DNA of 64,000 bases from a virus, in IMG/VR virus record IMGVR_UViG_3300033146_005439, positions 32,001-96,000 of that record; one strand, given 5' to 3'. The position numbers were made by a program, and so were the translations under genes. This document shows, piece by piece, positions 10,901-21,300 of this stretch. Each line of letters opens with the position of its first letter. Positions within the stretch are counted from its first letter, which is position 1. The notes under the pieces were generated by a model, which was not told where the DNA came from, searched no databases, and saw only the letters and a list, made by a program, of their open reading frames with translations.

Positions 10901-11116
10901 TAAATTATTAGCATAAAGTTGTAAGCTATCTAACTTGATTTTATATCCTAAATCTACTTCTAAACAAAGTATGTCAGAATTTTGCAAAATTACACCAGAA
11001 TAAGTAGTAATATTATCTTTAAGTAGATTCAACTCATAAGAAGATAAAGCTACATTACCCACACCTGAAGAAACTGTATATAAATAACTATTATGTATTA
11101 AATTATATGTCACCAA
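7991..11116 (-). CDS. large beta-rich structural protein (discoidin-like N-terminus, probable beta-propellers)
   Basis: LEVDLG...AKYIR...FEFKI jelly-roll pattern; repeated YxYD blade-like segments; C-terminal RFLQIKLTL...PYIKSI resembling phage tail/baseplate proteins. Confidence 0.5.
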   Translation of the reverse strand: MVTYNLIHNSYLYTVSSGVGNVALSSYELNLLKDNITTYSGVILQNSDILCLEVDLGYKIKLDSLQLYANNLNNKNDIYFYYKEDDNYNFKKVVTNVSAQAYYATLPEPSIAKYIRCVVSGISIEVFEFKILNNDYCISFGQDGSSYYEYLDDTPIGYEGKSEPVYIYNNCKPDSVDAYVCIDPDPTTKGDYIQLALNKEGPYKGIDAGTIISNVYNNWYSGTFLNTEVVSSTNYLSIASLDTPWQYKYKQPQLSTVDLGFIYNTQTMSLDKDNLVCYILAHKYPGNLKELFKYDILTDTFSLYMDMQPYLSNSYVALYYHSGNACVYVIDYDQVYKHDLNGLPNNITAYTINISSGYISATYKDDNTFIILVSINSTNMCLYEYDVITNNCVEIQSFSLINEQHSFRFCDYNTSTQKLTITAKARGISYGATRIYEYDYITGLLYVVLETDVLLGEEYLKINLLDDTYYIYVLEDNKWWKCYVVNQITKVIEGSFLLNISLFKDINDEAIYNTIIYAQSIIYKSSDGLLNILQEQVYDVASNSNKGNLVLASYFNTSILSQGVYITKVIDFEEANKASYVKVVADLELGKNNISVDENLYVSTIEIKQSNEPPFLFSDIAWCVSSNDLFPVGAKLYDIHTDTYKDLGDLSSSLQKIVGISENRCNCNRIFIKQRATSFNIELEDISGKSLHAANFTANDVEEPYEYIKVLFTLSDNIVFLLPNLLLAIYSSDLSSKHVLYLNYLTDFCVHYMSDYIFYTCTSQSNLTIIGLDTSLIFNISLQSPSLLCSAEENSCWVVSTTASNSVFVSKYRVNLDEPLISILMPSKVISLTEDKVGGFFVALSFNNGEIRHYSAKGTLIYTKSFLNNVTYLQANTYYCIVYNKHNHSITYINNYTRNIDKILYYSDFIPSNTFTYEPAYPIIFSHDFNVSKREYALLGTILPRKEDPFWNTSVDNWSIVPKDNYFLKRLRFLQIKLTLISKNFGEDSSVPYIKSIGVVPSLKVSDIRINDSKAIYVRSKIPAQAVFDYFDSKLRVWWDI

Positions 11117-11124
11117 AATTTACC

Positions 11125-14100
11125 TCACTCGGAAATTAACCATTCTATTAATAATGCTGCTGTATAGTCTAAATATAAAAAATCTCTACTTTTATCTACA
11201 CTAATATAAACAGACACCACACCACTTACGGGTACTTGTGTATAAATAAGAGGTAAAGTGCCCGTAGATAAATTATGAACTACTTGTTTATTAGGCTCTC
11301 TAATATCTATATAATAATTAGCTTCTTTATAAACCTCTAAAGCATTAGCTAAACTAGATTTACTATAATTATAAATTTTTAAATCCGCAAAAAAAAGATT
11401 GGTAAATAAAGAACCTTCAGAAAAAGCTTGTCTAAGACCGCCACCTAATTTAAAATAAATATTTGTATCTTGTGAAAACTTAAAATAACTTTTAGCACTT
11501 AAAGCCCTTTTACCATCTAAACATAATTCAAAATTATCACCCGAATTATTTACACCTGCAGAAGACATATCCCAAGTAAAAGAAACTGCTACATCTTCTC
11601 CTATATTAAAAAATTTATTAACAGGAGCTCTTTCCAAGTAACATAAATTAGCTTCTTTTAATAAGCCATACTCAAAAGCAAACCAATTGCCCCTTTTTAA
11701 AATTAAAGATATATATTCATTATTATTATTAGATAATGTAAAAAAAACAACTGTCTGTGGGTTTCTAAAAATATCTGAACCATGAGATGTTGTACCTAAT
11801 TTAACTATAAAATCTATTGTACCTCTACTAAAAGAAAGCTTAGTTAAAGGTATAGATAAATATTCATCTTCAAATAAATATAAAGATTTAAAATTATAAA
11901 TATAATTATCACATGTATTTCTTTCTATTCTAAAAGTATCTAACCATAAAGTAACAATGGAACTATCTTTAAAGTAAGGTTGTATTTTTATAGTATTTAA
12001 TTTAAAAGCTTTTCTTAAATCTAAATCTGCATTTAAATAAGTTCCTAAATTATAAGGAAATTTCTCTACCGCTTCAAAAAAACTTAACCTTACAGAATTC
12101 CAACCCGCTTTTAAATCTTTAGGTGTTATCCTAAACTTATACCAAAAAACTGTTTTATCTTCTGTTAAACCTTCTAAATATATATAAAATTTATCTGTAT
12201 TTAAACCTTCAGGCCCTGAAATTTTTAAGTCAAAACATAAAAAATCAAAAATAGAAAAATTTAAATCTACACCTAAAGAATCTCCAGGATTATATAATAC
12301 TTCTTCAAATAAAATATTAGGTCCTAATTTAATAACTAAAGATCTTGAACCTTTTAATACATTTAAACTATCATTAGTTAATATAGTAGTACTATATAAA
12401 GTTTTCCACCACCACCAATATTCAGTAATATTAAAAGTACCTAAACTAAATAAATATAACTTACATAAGGCTCGATCTTTTTTAAAAGAACTATCATTAT
12501 TAAAAGATTGACATTCTGCTGTATTAGCTGTTAAAGCTACCCAATAAGATTGTATTATATAAGAATATAAAAATAAATTTTGAATTCCCCAATCAGTATG
12601 ACTATCCGCATCTTCATTAATAATATAAATATTATATAAACCTGGTTCTTCTAAAACAAAATTACTTATTTGATCTGTCCAATTAGAACCAACCACTAAA
12701 ACATTAATAGTTTGTGAATATTTACCCTCAAAATATAAATATTGATTTTTATAAATATCTGTATTTAAAGCTTGCCATCTTACAATATATTTTCCAGAGT
12801 TTAAATACAAAGAATCTTCTATTTTATATTTTTTACATAAATATAAATCAATTAAAGGACCTTCAAACTTAAAATATAAAATGGAATCTTTCTTTTTATA
12901 AAAGGAAACTTTAGCCGGATCTTCATAAGAGTCCGCGCTATAGGCATAAAAGGCTTCTTCATTAAACCACTCAGCATAATTGACTAAACCTTCTAAACTA
13001 TGGGCACTTATTTGAAAAGAGTCTCTTAAATAATAACATATTACAGGATATTTATGACTATCTATAAATAAATTCGTATTCACTTCTCTATAAACTTTAA
13101 CTTCTTTTAATCCAGTCAAAAAACTTAAACTATTTAAATTAGTAGTAACATCAGTATAGTAAACTTCAATGTACTTAGCATCCAATACTTCAATTTTTAA
13201 ACGCCTCGCCGCAAAAAGTTCAAGTAATACTATATTATTATAAAAATTTCTTGTAGATAAATAAAAATTACTTAATACATTTGTAAAATCATCACCAAAA
13301 AGAGTTGTAGATACTAAAATATTTATTTTTAAAACACCTTCTAATAAAATATCTTTATATAAACCATTATAAATTTCTATACGTGATATATCATAAACAG
13401 CATCAAAAGTTAATATCAAAGAAGGCTGAACTAAACTTTCTTGCGGTTTTTCAAATATCCACCCAGCTAATACTGAAGGATCATAGTTTATGTTGTTATC
13501 AACTACATTATATACTGGAAAAGTATCAACATAATAACTAGTTTGTTCCGTAGAGCATCTATACGCAACATTAGTATCTAATAAATAATCAGTACTAAAT
13601 GTACCTAAATAATGCCAAGAAGTATTAAACTTACCTGTAGGAGTTAATCTATAACGTATGTCAGAGTATATACCTAATTTACTTATAGTAGTAGCTTTAG
13701 TACTTAAACACTCTATTTTTAAAAGTAACCATCTACAATCCAAATAAGTAGAAGAAAATATTACATTATTAATATCATCTATATCATCATTAGAATATTC
13801 TATAACATTACTATATTTATCTATAAAAAGTAGCTCACTTGAATCATCACCACAATAATAATTTCGTATTATATCTAAGCTATATCTTTGTTTTAAATCT
13901 AAAGCTATTAATAAAGTAGTACTATTTACAACTAAATGGGGTTGCTCAACTAAAAAATAATTAGAACCATCCATACTAGTGTATATTAAAAAAGAAGCAT
14001 CATCACTTAAAGCATCTATGAAAATAAATTTATTTGTAGGCGCTTTCTCTTTTAATTTAAAACCTACAAAAGTATCTTTATATAAAATAGCAGGCTTAAA

Positions 14101-17100
14101 CAAATATATATAGTCAATACTAAATAAATCAGCTTGAAAAACATCATAGTTAGTCTTAAAATTATTAAAAGATATTTTTGAAAAAACAGTATCAGGGTAA
14201 ACACCCTTATATAAAAGTATATTATTTATAGAAAAAATAAAAGTATCAGCAACTTTCACAAAAGTTATCAAATTATAAGTGTGTAAACAAAAATTAGAAA
14301 AATAATGTGTATAAAGAAAAGTGGTATCTTTATAAATTGTAACTTTTACTGTACAATCACTAGAACCTACAACACTATCTAAAAAAACTTTTATATGATC
14401 ACCATAATTAATTTCTAAATTATAAGAAATATCATATTGAGAAGACCTAAACCTATTATCACTAACACTATATTTTAAATAAAAATCAACGCCTAAATCA
14501 CCATAAATATTAAATAATTTATACATAGAAAAAAAAGGTTCAGGTTTATCTACGTATATCATTAAGTTAGCACAAGTCTTAAAGGTAACACAACTATCTT
14601 CTTCAGTAACCGTAGCACCTCCAATTAGATCAACTACCCATTCAGACAAAGAACTTCCTTCAAAATCATATTTATAAATATAATCACCTAAAATAAAATT
14701 AGTGTTTGAATTTAATCTTATTTCTTCTCTACCTATATGAGTACCCACAAAAATATAATCTATATCCACCAAAGTATCTTCGTATAATAAAGAAAAATTA
14801 CGTAAAAGATGTACTATATTTGGATCATCAGTTTTTATTAAAAAATAATTTGTAGAAACAGGTTCAAAAACACCTTCGATTTTTGTAGTATCACAATAAA
14901 ATTTTGTAGGTAATTCTAAAGGTACGTCATGTATTAATAAACCTTTAAATTCCCAATAAACAAAATCACAAGATATGTACAATAAACTAGAATCAACTAA
15001 ATTAACCAAACCATAAGTAGGCAAATTTATAGCTATCATACCTTGATTTTCTATAAAAAAAGTTGACTTTTTTACTAAATAAGGCTTTGGCCCATAAGCA
15101 GGCTCTAAAATAGAGTCTACAGAATTTAAAGAGCTATAAAAAATTAAATCAGAAGAATTTAACAACATTTTAGGTAAATTAATATTTAAATCAGCAGGCA
15201 CTTCATAAGGATTAGAAAAATCTAATTTTAATTCTTTACTTTTAAAATGTTTTTTAACATTATTTAAAGAAAGAGCACTTTTATCTGTAGTTACTTGCTG
15301 TTTTGTATTAAATAAAAATTCTTTTAAAGAAAAAGTATGAGCTGATTTAAATTTTAAATTAAAATGTTTATAATTATTAGTTACTGTTGCGGAAAGTCCT
15401 TTTGTATAAACAGCGGTATTAAGTGATTCCTGAGAATTATCATTATTAGTAGCTAAAACACTAGTAATTTCTACTAAAGAACTACTGTATAAACTTTTAG
15501 TATAAATCTCTATCTCAAATAATTTTGTACTATAATGTAAATCTGTAAAAAATCTAAAACCTTTACATTCTACAGGTGTAAATGTATATTCTAAAAAATT
15601 CCAATATAATAAATAACTACATAAATATATATCTTGAGCATGTTCTTCATAAGAAGGTAGTTTTTTAATAACAGGATTTCTCCATAAATAAATATCAACA
15701 TTAGGATCATCACCTTTAAAATAAGTAGTATCATTTACATTAATAGTTTCAAAAGTAGTATCTTTAATATAACTAAAACGTCTATCAGATAAAACAGAAC
15801 CATTAGTATAATTCAAATCATGCAAATAAGCTAAATAAAAATTTTTAAAATTATTAGATTCCTTAAAATATATAGCGATTTTATGTATAGGTAATTGTAT
15901 ATCTTTAGGAAAATATAAATCAAAGGCTATAGGATCTTCTTCATAATCAATTAACTTATCAGGACAAACATAAAATTCAGCTATATCTGGATAAGAGCCC
16001 CTCAACCATTCAGCATCACCATTAACATAAAAATAAGCATGTTTACCATAAGTTTCTAAGCCGTCGGTTGAGGTACCTAAACCTACATTAACATAATCTA
16101 TACCTAATAATCCTGAATCTAAGAATACTTGACCATCGGATAAAGCGTCTTTACCAAAATACATATTTTTATGCTCAACCCACTGTGTATATACTCCATC
16201 ACAAGTTGTCCACCTATGAAAGTGGGTTTCTTCAAATAAATCCACATCAAAACTTAAATCTTTACAAATAGCTACATTATATTCATAAAAAGAATCTTCT
16301 ATATTACCTACTACAAAAATATTGGAAATATCCAAAGGCTTATCAAAAAAAATATCTAAAGATAAATCAACTGCTTTATATTTTGAATGACCATAAAAGG
16401 CTAAACCAGATAAACCTGTAGAGTGTACCTCCGTAGGAATAACAGTATCTATTATTTCTCCTTCTGCATAAAAATAAGTAGCATCTATGGCTAAGTCACT
16501 ATTTAAACTAGCTAAAATTGTAACATTATATAAACCTATAACATCTCCTTTACACAGCATAAAATTACAATCTACTTTAATTAAATTTAAATTTTTAGAA
16601 TATAATTTATCTTCAGCTAAGTTAGGCGTTATCAATTTAGAATAAACCACCTTATAAGAACCATCATTTCTTGGCCTTAAAACTTTTAAAGCTGCACCTT
16701 CATAGGCATAACCTGAAAATCTAAATATATGCATACGACCATTAGCTGTGGCTACATGTGTTATATCTACTATAGTTCTACCAATACTATTAATATTATA
16801 AAGTTCAGTTAAATTCTTAAAAGTAGAAACATCAGATAAGGTAGTAAAAGTATTTACAAAGTCTGCTCTTCCTATTTCAACACTATAATTATCAGGTTTA
16901 TGCGTATAAGCGTCTCTAAAAGCATCATTATCGCGTAATTTATTTTTAGTATTAGTATCTAATAAAACGGTAGCCTTATACTCAAAACCATCAACTATAT
17001 CTAAACCTTGTTCACTTATACCAATAAAGTTAAAAGCACCGTCATAAAAACCTAATAATTCTGCACATTTGCTATATAATATAGTAACTACACTATCCTT

Positions 17101-17958
17101 ACCTAAAGTACCACTTATGATTTTAAAAGTAGAAGATTCTGTATAAATTACTTGAGAATAAGCATAACTACCCACACCTACTAAAGCCAAAGCATTTTCT
17201 ATAAGTACTGCTAATTCTTTACCAGAAATATTTGATAAAGTGCCTAGTTCAATTTTTTCAATACCATAATTATCTATATTTATATATAAAAAATCAGAAT
17301 AATCTGTAATTAAATTAAAATAAGCATCCGTAGAAAAACCTTCTATATAACCTTCTTTACCTGCACCTAAACAATTTTTCGTATAATTAACATAATAAGA
17401 ACAATTTCTATTAGTACATAAAGAAACATCATTAGAATCAAAACTAATATGACTAATATAAAAAATATCATATAATTTAACATCTAAACCTATATAAAAT
17501 CTAATGTCCTTAATGTCATCTTGCCAAGTAATTTTTTCTCTCAAGTCTAACATATAATTATGCCAAGTATCTCTACTAGCATCTATATTAAATTCAAAAG
17601 AGCACTCTTCTGACCAAGTAGTATCTTGTATTCTTTGCCACATAAGTTTAGCTTTAGAAATACCAGGCACTGATCTTTCTATATTTTTATCTTCCCATTT
17701 TAATTTAACATTAAATATATAAAAATCAGCAGCTTTAAAAGGAACAACACCATCAGATCTACCTATATAACAAAAGGTATCTAAAGCAGTGCCAAATAAT
17801 ATAGAATCCCAAACACCATATAAGGCTATATTAGTGTAGATATCCCAACCTTCTACATCACCATTAATACCAAAAGTAGATTGTAATATAGAGTAGGTTT
17901 CAAAACGACAACCCACACTATTACACATATTACGTGACTGTTTTAAAAAATTATACAT
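11125..17958 (-). CDS. very large virion/tail protein with carbohydrate-binding-like domains and a C-terminal LamG-like domain
   Basis: 2277 aa; F5/8-like segments (LILTFDAVYDISRIEIY...ARRLKI...LKEVKVY); LamG-like GTIDF...VSFTWD...LCLDG...LGGG...ADLKIYN. Confidence 0.5.
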   Translation of the reverse strand: MYNFLKQSRNMCNSVGCRFETYSILQSTFGINGDVEGWDIYTNIALYGVWDSILFGTALDTFCYIGRSDGVVPFKAADFYIFNVKLKWEDKNIERSVPGISKAKLMWQRIQDTTWSEECSFEFNIDASRDTWHNYMLDLREKITWQDDIKDIRFYIGLDVKLYDIFYISHISFDSNDVSLCTNRNCSYYVNYTKNCLGAGKEGYIEGFSTDAYFNLITDYSDFLYINIDNYGIEKIELGTLSNISGKELAVLIENALALVGVGSYAYSQVIYTESSTFKIISGTLGKDSVVTILYSKCAELLGFYDGAFNFIGISEQGLDIVDGFEYKATVLLDTNTKNKLRDNDAFRDAYTHKPDNYSVEIGRADFVNTFTTLSDVSTFKNLTELYNINSIGRTIVDITHVATANGRMHIFRFSGYAYEGAALKVLRPRNDGSYKVVYSKLITPNLAEDKLYSKNLNLIKVDCNFMLCKGDVIGLYNVTILASLNSDLAIDATYFYAEGEIIDTVIPTEVHSTGLSGLAFYGHSKYKAVDLSLDIFFDKPLDISNIFVVGNIEDSFYEYNVAICKDLSFDVDLFEETHFHRWTTCDGVYTQWVEHKNMYFGKDALSDGQVFLDSGLLGIDYVNVGLGTSTDGLETYGKHAYFYVNGDAEWLRGSYPDIAEFYVCPDKLIDYEEDPIAFDLYFPKDIQLPIHKIAIYFKESNNFKNFYLAYLHDLNYTNGSVLSDRRFSYIKDTTFETINVNDTTYFKGDDPNVDIYLWRNPVIKKLPSYEEHAQDIYLCSYLLYWNFLEYTFTPVECKGFRFFTDLHYSTKLFEIEIYTKSLYSSSLVEITSVLATNNDNSQESLNTAVYTKGLSATVTNNYKHFNLKFKSAHTFSLKEFLFNTKQQVTTDKSALSLNNVKKHFKSKELKLDFSNPYEVPADLNINLPKMLLNSSDLIFYSSLNSVDSILEPAYGPKPYLVKKSTFFIENQGMIAINLPTYGLVNLVDSSLLYISCDFVYWEFKGLLIHDVPLELPTKFYCDTTKIEGVFEPVSTNYFLIKTDDPNIVHLLRNFSLLYEDTLVDIDYIFVGTHIGREEIRLNSNTNFILGDYIYKYDFEGSSLSEWVVDLIGGATVTEEDSCVTFKTCANLMIYVDKPEPFFSMYKLFNIYGDLGVDFYLKYSVSDNRFRSSQYDISYNLEINYGDHIKVFLDSVVGSSDCTVKVTIYKDTTFLYTHYFSNFCLHTYNLITFVKVADTFIFSINNILLYKGVYPDTVFSKISFNNFKTNYDVFQADLFSIDYIYLFKPAILYKDTFVGFKLKEKAPTNKFIFIDALSDDASFLIYTSMDGSNYFLVEQPHLVVNSTTLLIALDLKQRYSLDIIRNYYCGDDSSELLFIDKYSNVIEYSNDDIDDINNVIFSSTYLDCRWLLLKIECLSTKATTISKLGIYSDIRYRLTPTGKFNTSWHYLGTFSTDYLLDTNVAYRCSTEQTSYYVDTFPVYNVVDNNINYDPSVLAGWIFEKPQESLVQPSLILTFDAVYDISRIEIYNGLYKDILLEGVLKINILVSTTLFGDDFTNVLSNFYLSTRNFYNNIVLLELFAARRLKIEVLDAKYIEVYYTDVTTNLNSLSFLTGLKEVKVYREVNTNLFIDSHKYPVICYYLRDSFQISAHSLEGLVNYAEWFNEEAFYAYSADSYEDPAKVSFYKKKDSILYFKFEGPLIDLYLCKKYKIEDSLYLNSGKYIVRWQALNTDIYKNQYLYFEGKYSQTINVLVVGSNWTDQISNFVLEEPGLYNIYIINEDADSHTDWGIQNLFLYSYIIQSYWVALTANTAECQSFNNDSSFKKDRALCKLYLFSLGTFNITEYWWWWKTLYSTTILTNDSLNVLKGSRSLVIKLGPNILFEEVLYNPGDSLGVDLNFSIFDFLCFDLKISGPEGLNTDKFYIYLEGLTEDKTVFWYKFRITPKDLKAGWNSVRLSFFEAVEKFPYNLGTYLNADLDLRKAFKLNTIKIQPYFKDSSIVTLWLDTFRIERNTCDNYIYNFKSLYLFEDEYLSIPLTKLSFSRGTIDFIVKLGTTSHGSDIFRNPQTVVFFTLSNNNNEYISLILKRGNWFAFEYGLLKEANLCYLERAPVNKFFNIGEDVAVSFTWDMSSAGVNNSGDNFELCLDGKRALSAKSYFKFSQDTNIYFKLGGGLRQAFSEGSLFTNLFFADLKIYNYSKSSLANALEVYKEANYYIDIREPNKQVVHNLSTGTLPLIYTQVPVSGVVSVYISVDKSRDFLYLDYTAALLIEWLISE

Positions 17959-18361
17959 GCTTTTTTCTTAGTCTACATTTATCTTTCAAATCTTTATAAC
18001 AATTACCCTCATTATCTACACCAGAACATACACCACAATAAAATAAATCTGTATCAGCATTAATTTTTATAAATTGCTTATTATATTTTACAAAAAAAGC
18101 CTTCTTTTTATAATATAAAGCTTGTTCTAATAAGTATAATCTTACCTTATATTCAATGTCTTTTAAGGTATACTCCACAGATTTACCGCAAGCATCACAT
18201 TTATAGTATAAAGTATCTAAATCAACATCCTCTACTTTTAACTTTAATAATTCTTCTTCAGAATAATCTTTTTCTAATTTAAATACATAAGAATATCTAG
18301 TAGTATCTATATCTAAATCCATAAAACTACCACAATCACAAGGTATCGGTATAAAATTCAT
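17951..18361 (-). CDS. Cys-rich, probable zinc-binding protein
   Basis: CDCG, CDACG, CGVC...C...C motifs in 136 aa. Confidence 0.6.
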   Translation of the reverse strand: MNFIPIPCDCGSFMDLDIDTTRYSYVFKLEKDYSEEELLKLKVEDVDLDTLYYKCDACGKSVEYTLKDIEYKVRLYLLEQALYYKKKAFFVKYNKQFIKINADTDLFYCGVCSGVDNEGNCYKDLKDKCRLRKKHV

Positions 18362-21300
18362 TCCTCATCTTCCTCTTCTGTAGGTTGTTCTTCTTCATAC
18401 TTATTATGCGCTATATAATAATGATCAGCACCAAAATAATCAGGATCTTTTACTATATATTGATTTTTAAATATATTGTAGTAACGCGTTAAAATACCAG
18501 CTGTATTATAAAATTCTCCAGATTGATTTGCTCTAACATATCTATATTCTATAGTACCTTCACCACAAACTATAGTTTCGTAAGGAGGAAAAACATACCA
18601 TTCCCATAAATGACCGCCTGGATAAAATAAAGATTTAGCTTCCACAGGTATAAGAGTACCTGTATCATTATTTCTTAATGTAAAAGACCATTCAGGCACT
18701 CGAGTAACACCTACTCTTTTAAAAAAATTACCTAAAACATCTTTAAGACAAGAATCATATACTATAATACCACTAATAAGTTGACTAGTTTTATCATAAA
18801 GCTCTTTTTGCTTATTTTCAAGTTCTAAATAATCTCCTTCAACTATAACAAACTCATCTTTAATTTCTGATAAACTACGACTATAAAACTTACTTATGGT
18901 TTTTAATTTATGTTTAGTAACTAAAGCTGCACCACTTATACCATAACGAGTGTCTACTTGTACAAGTGTACTTATTTCTTCTGGGTGTCTATGTAAAGTT
19001 CTATATATATCTGTCCCTTGAACAGGAAAATTTCCACAAGAACCTTTTGATACTTTAAATAAACGTTCATAAGTATTTAATTTAACATCTACATCCATAT
19101 AAATACTTTCTCTTAAAGAAAAACCTATTAAATGTATAAATTCTCCTAAATAATTACTTTTATTATTTTCTTCATAATAATTATTTAAATTCCTTATATA
19201 AATAGGATCTATACTTAAAACAAGTTTTACATAAGAAATGCCATATTTAGCTTCTTCAAAGGTCAATTTATGACGCAATTGAAAATCTTTAATCGTAAAA
19301 TCTAAAGTATCTTCGGAAAAAGTTTGCATTATATACTCTTTTTCTACATCTTGACCATTTATACCAAAATACAATCTTATATTAGGTATAGCAAACCACT
19401 TATCAAAACCCAAAGCATCCGTAAATTTACCGTAATTAAAACTTAAATTCAAATACTCTATTAATTTAGGTAGTTTAAAAGTAATCAATATAGTTAAAGA
19501 AGTTAATAAACTCGCTTGTTTATATAGTAGGTCTAAAGGTATAGAACCTGGTATATCTATTAAATTATCCATAGATGAAAACATAGATTCTGGGTCATCA
19601 GTTGGTAAATTTAAATTAACTAAATAATCATCAATAACAAATACTTGTTTAGGTATACCAGTGTCTAATAAGTCTCTCTTTATATGTATAGCTAGGCCTC
19701 TATTAAAAAAGTATTCTTTTTCTTCACCCATATTATTAAAGTAACCTATGGTACGTCTTTCTTTTCTAGCTAATTCCTCTAATTCTTCTGTGGAGTCTTT
19801 TGATTCTTTTTTTTCATATAAAACCCTACCTGCTTTATATTCAGCAATATTATTAGGCATAGACAATGTATATACACCATTTAACCAATCTATACCAGAA
19901 CATAACTTATAATAATGAATATCTTCTTCTATATTAGTAATATCAGAAAAAACAATACCATCTGGAACATCACTAGGATCTTCTACTATATTAAAATCAG
20001 AGTCATATAATAAAGCAGGCCCTTCATCTAAGTAAAAAGCATAATAATATAATTTTGTTTGCTCTTCCTCATTTTCTAAAACACCTATTCTAAAACTAAT
20101 AGTATGTAGCCCTTCAGTAGGTACGCGTCGTCCTTCCCTTAATCTATAGTCATAACCATATTCAGGATAATTAATATCTAAAAAAGGTAAATAATCATAA
20201 ATTAGTTCATCTAAAGTATCATTTAAAAAAGATTCTTCAAATAATTCTGTACGATCCTGCTCTATAATCACCTCTAAAGATTTCCACTCCTGTCTCCAAG
20301 CATGCATAATTGATTCATGTGGTAAAGCTGCATTAGGACTTGCAACATTTAAAGGTTTATAAGTTACATAACCATTTACTCTTTTTAAACCTTCTAAAGT
20401 TTTCTTATTATATTCTGGAACACTCTGTGGATAAGTTATACCAGCTATAGTATGATGATCATAAAAAACATCATTGTATCTTAATGACTCTTCTACAAAT
20501 ACCTCATCTAAATTATGGCTATCTACATTTGTACCTAATAAAATGCCTAATTGATTAATATAACTTGATATATTATCTTCATTAAAATATTTTTTATATT
20601 GATAATCTTCTGCCGCAAAATCTAAACTTGTTAAAGCATAATTTTGTGGAACAGGCATCCATTTATCTCCTAAAAATGAAAATATAGTATCACCAATAGT
20701 TTGATTATAGTAATAATTAAAATTACCTTCACTTCTAAAAGATATTAATTGGTCTCTATAAGTATCACCAAAAGGTGGCATATTTTCACTAGAACATTGT
20801 TGCATATTATATAAATTTTCACCTTCTAAATGCGTTACCATACGAGCAGTACCAGAAAACCAAGCATCACTAGTACGTGTACCATTTATAAAAGTATAAT
20901 CACAGGAACAATCATTAAAAGATAAATGTGTAAATAGTACTCTTCCTAAATTATCTTCAGGCCCTAACATGCGCATATCAAATCTATTATGTTCCCAATG
21001 ATCATAACATTTTTTAGGTACCTGTCCTGGCTCAGTTTCATCATCTTCATAATCTTCAGCTGTACATTCCCATAATTCCATAACACCTAAGTCACCACCA
21101 CCTTGTATGGCTAAACTAGTTTGCTCGTATTTAGCAAAATCTTTACAAGAAACATAAGGATACCACATCCAATAATCTATATGACAAGAAGGTGGCGGAT
21201 AATAAGTATGATCACCACAAGGAGGTGCACTACCTTGAATATCCGTTCTATAATATATTTTAGATGCTTGAACTACATTACAATAACCATTAGGTTTTAT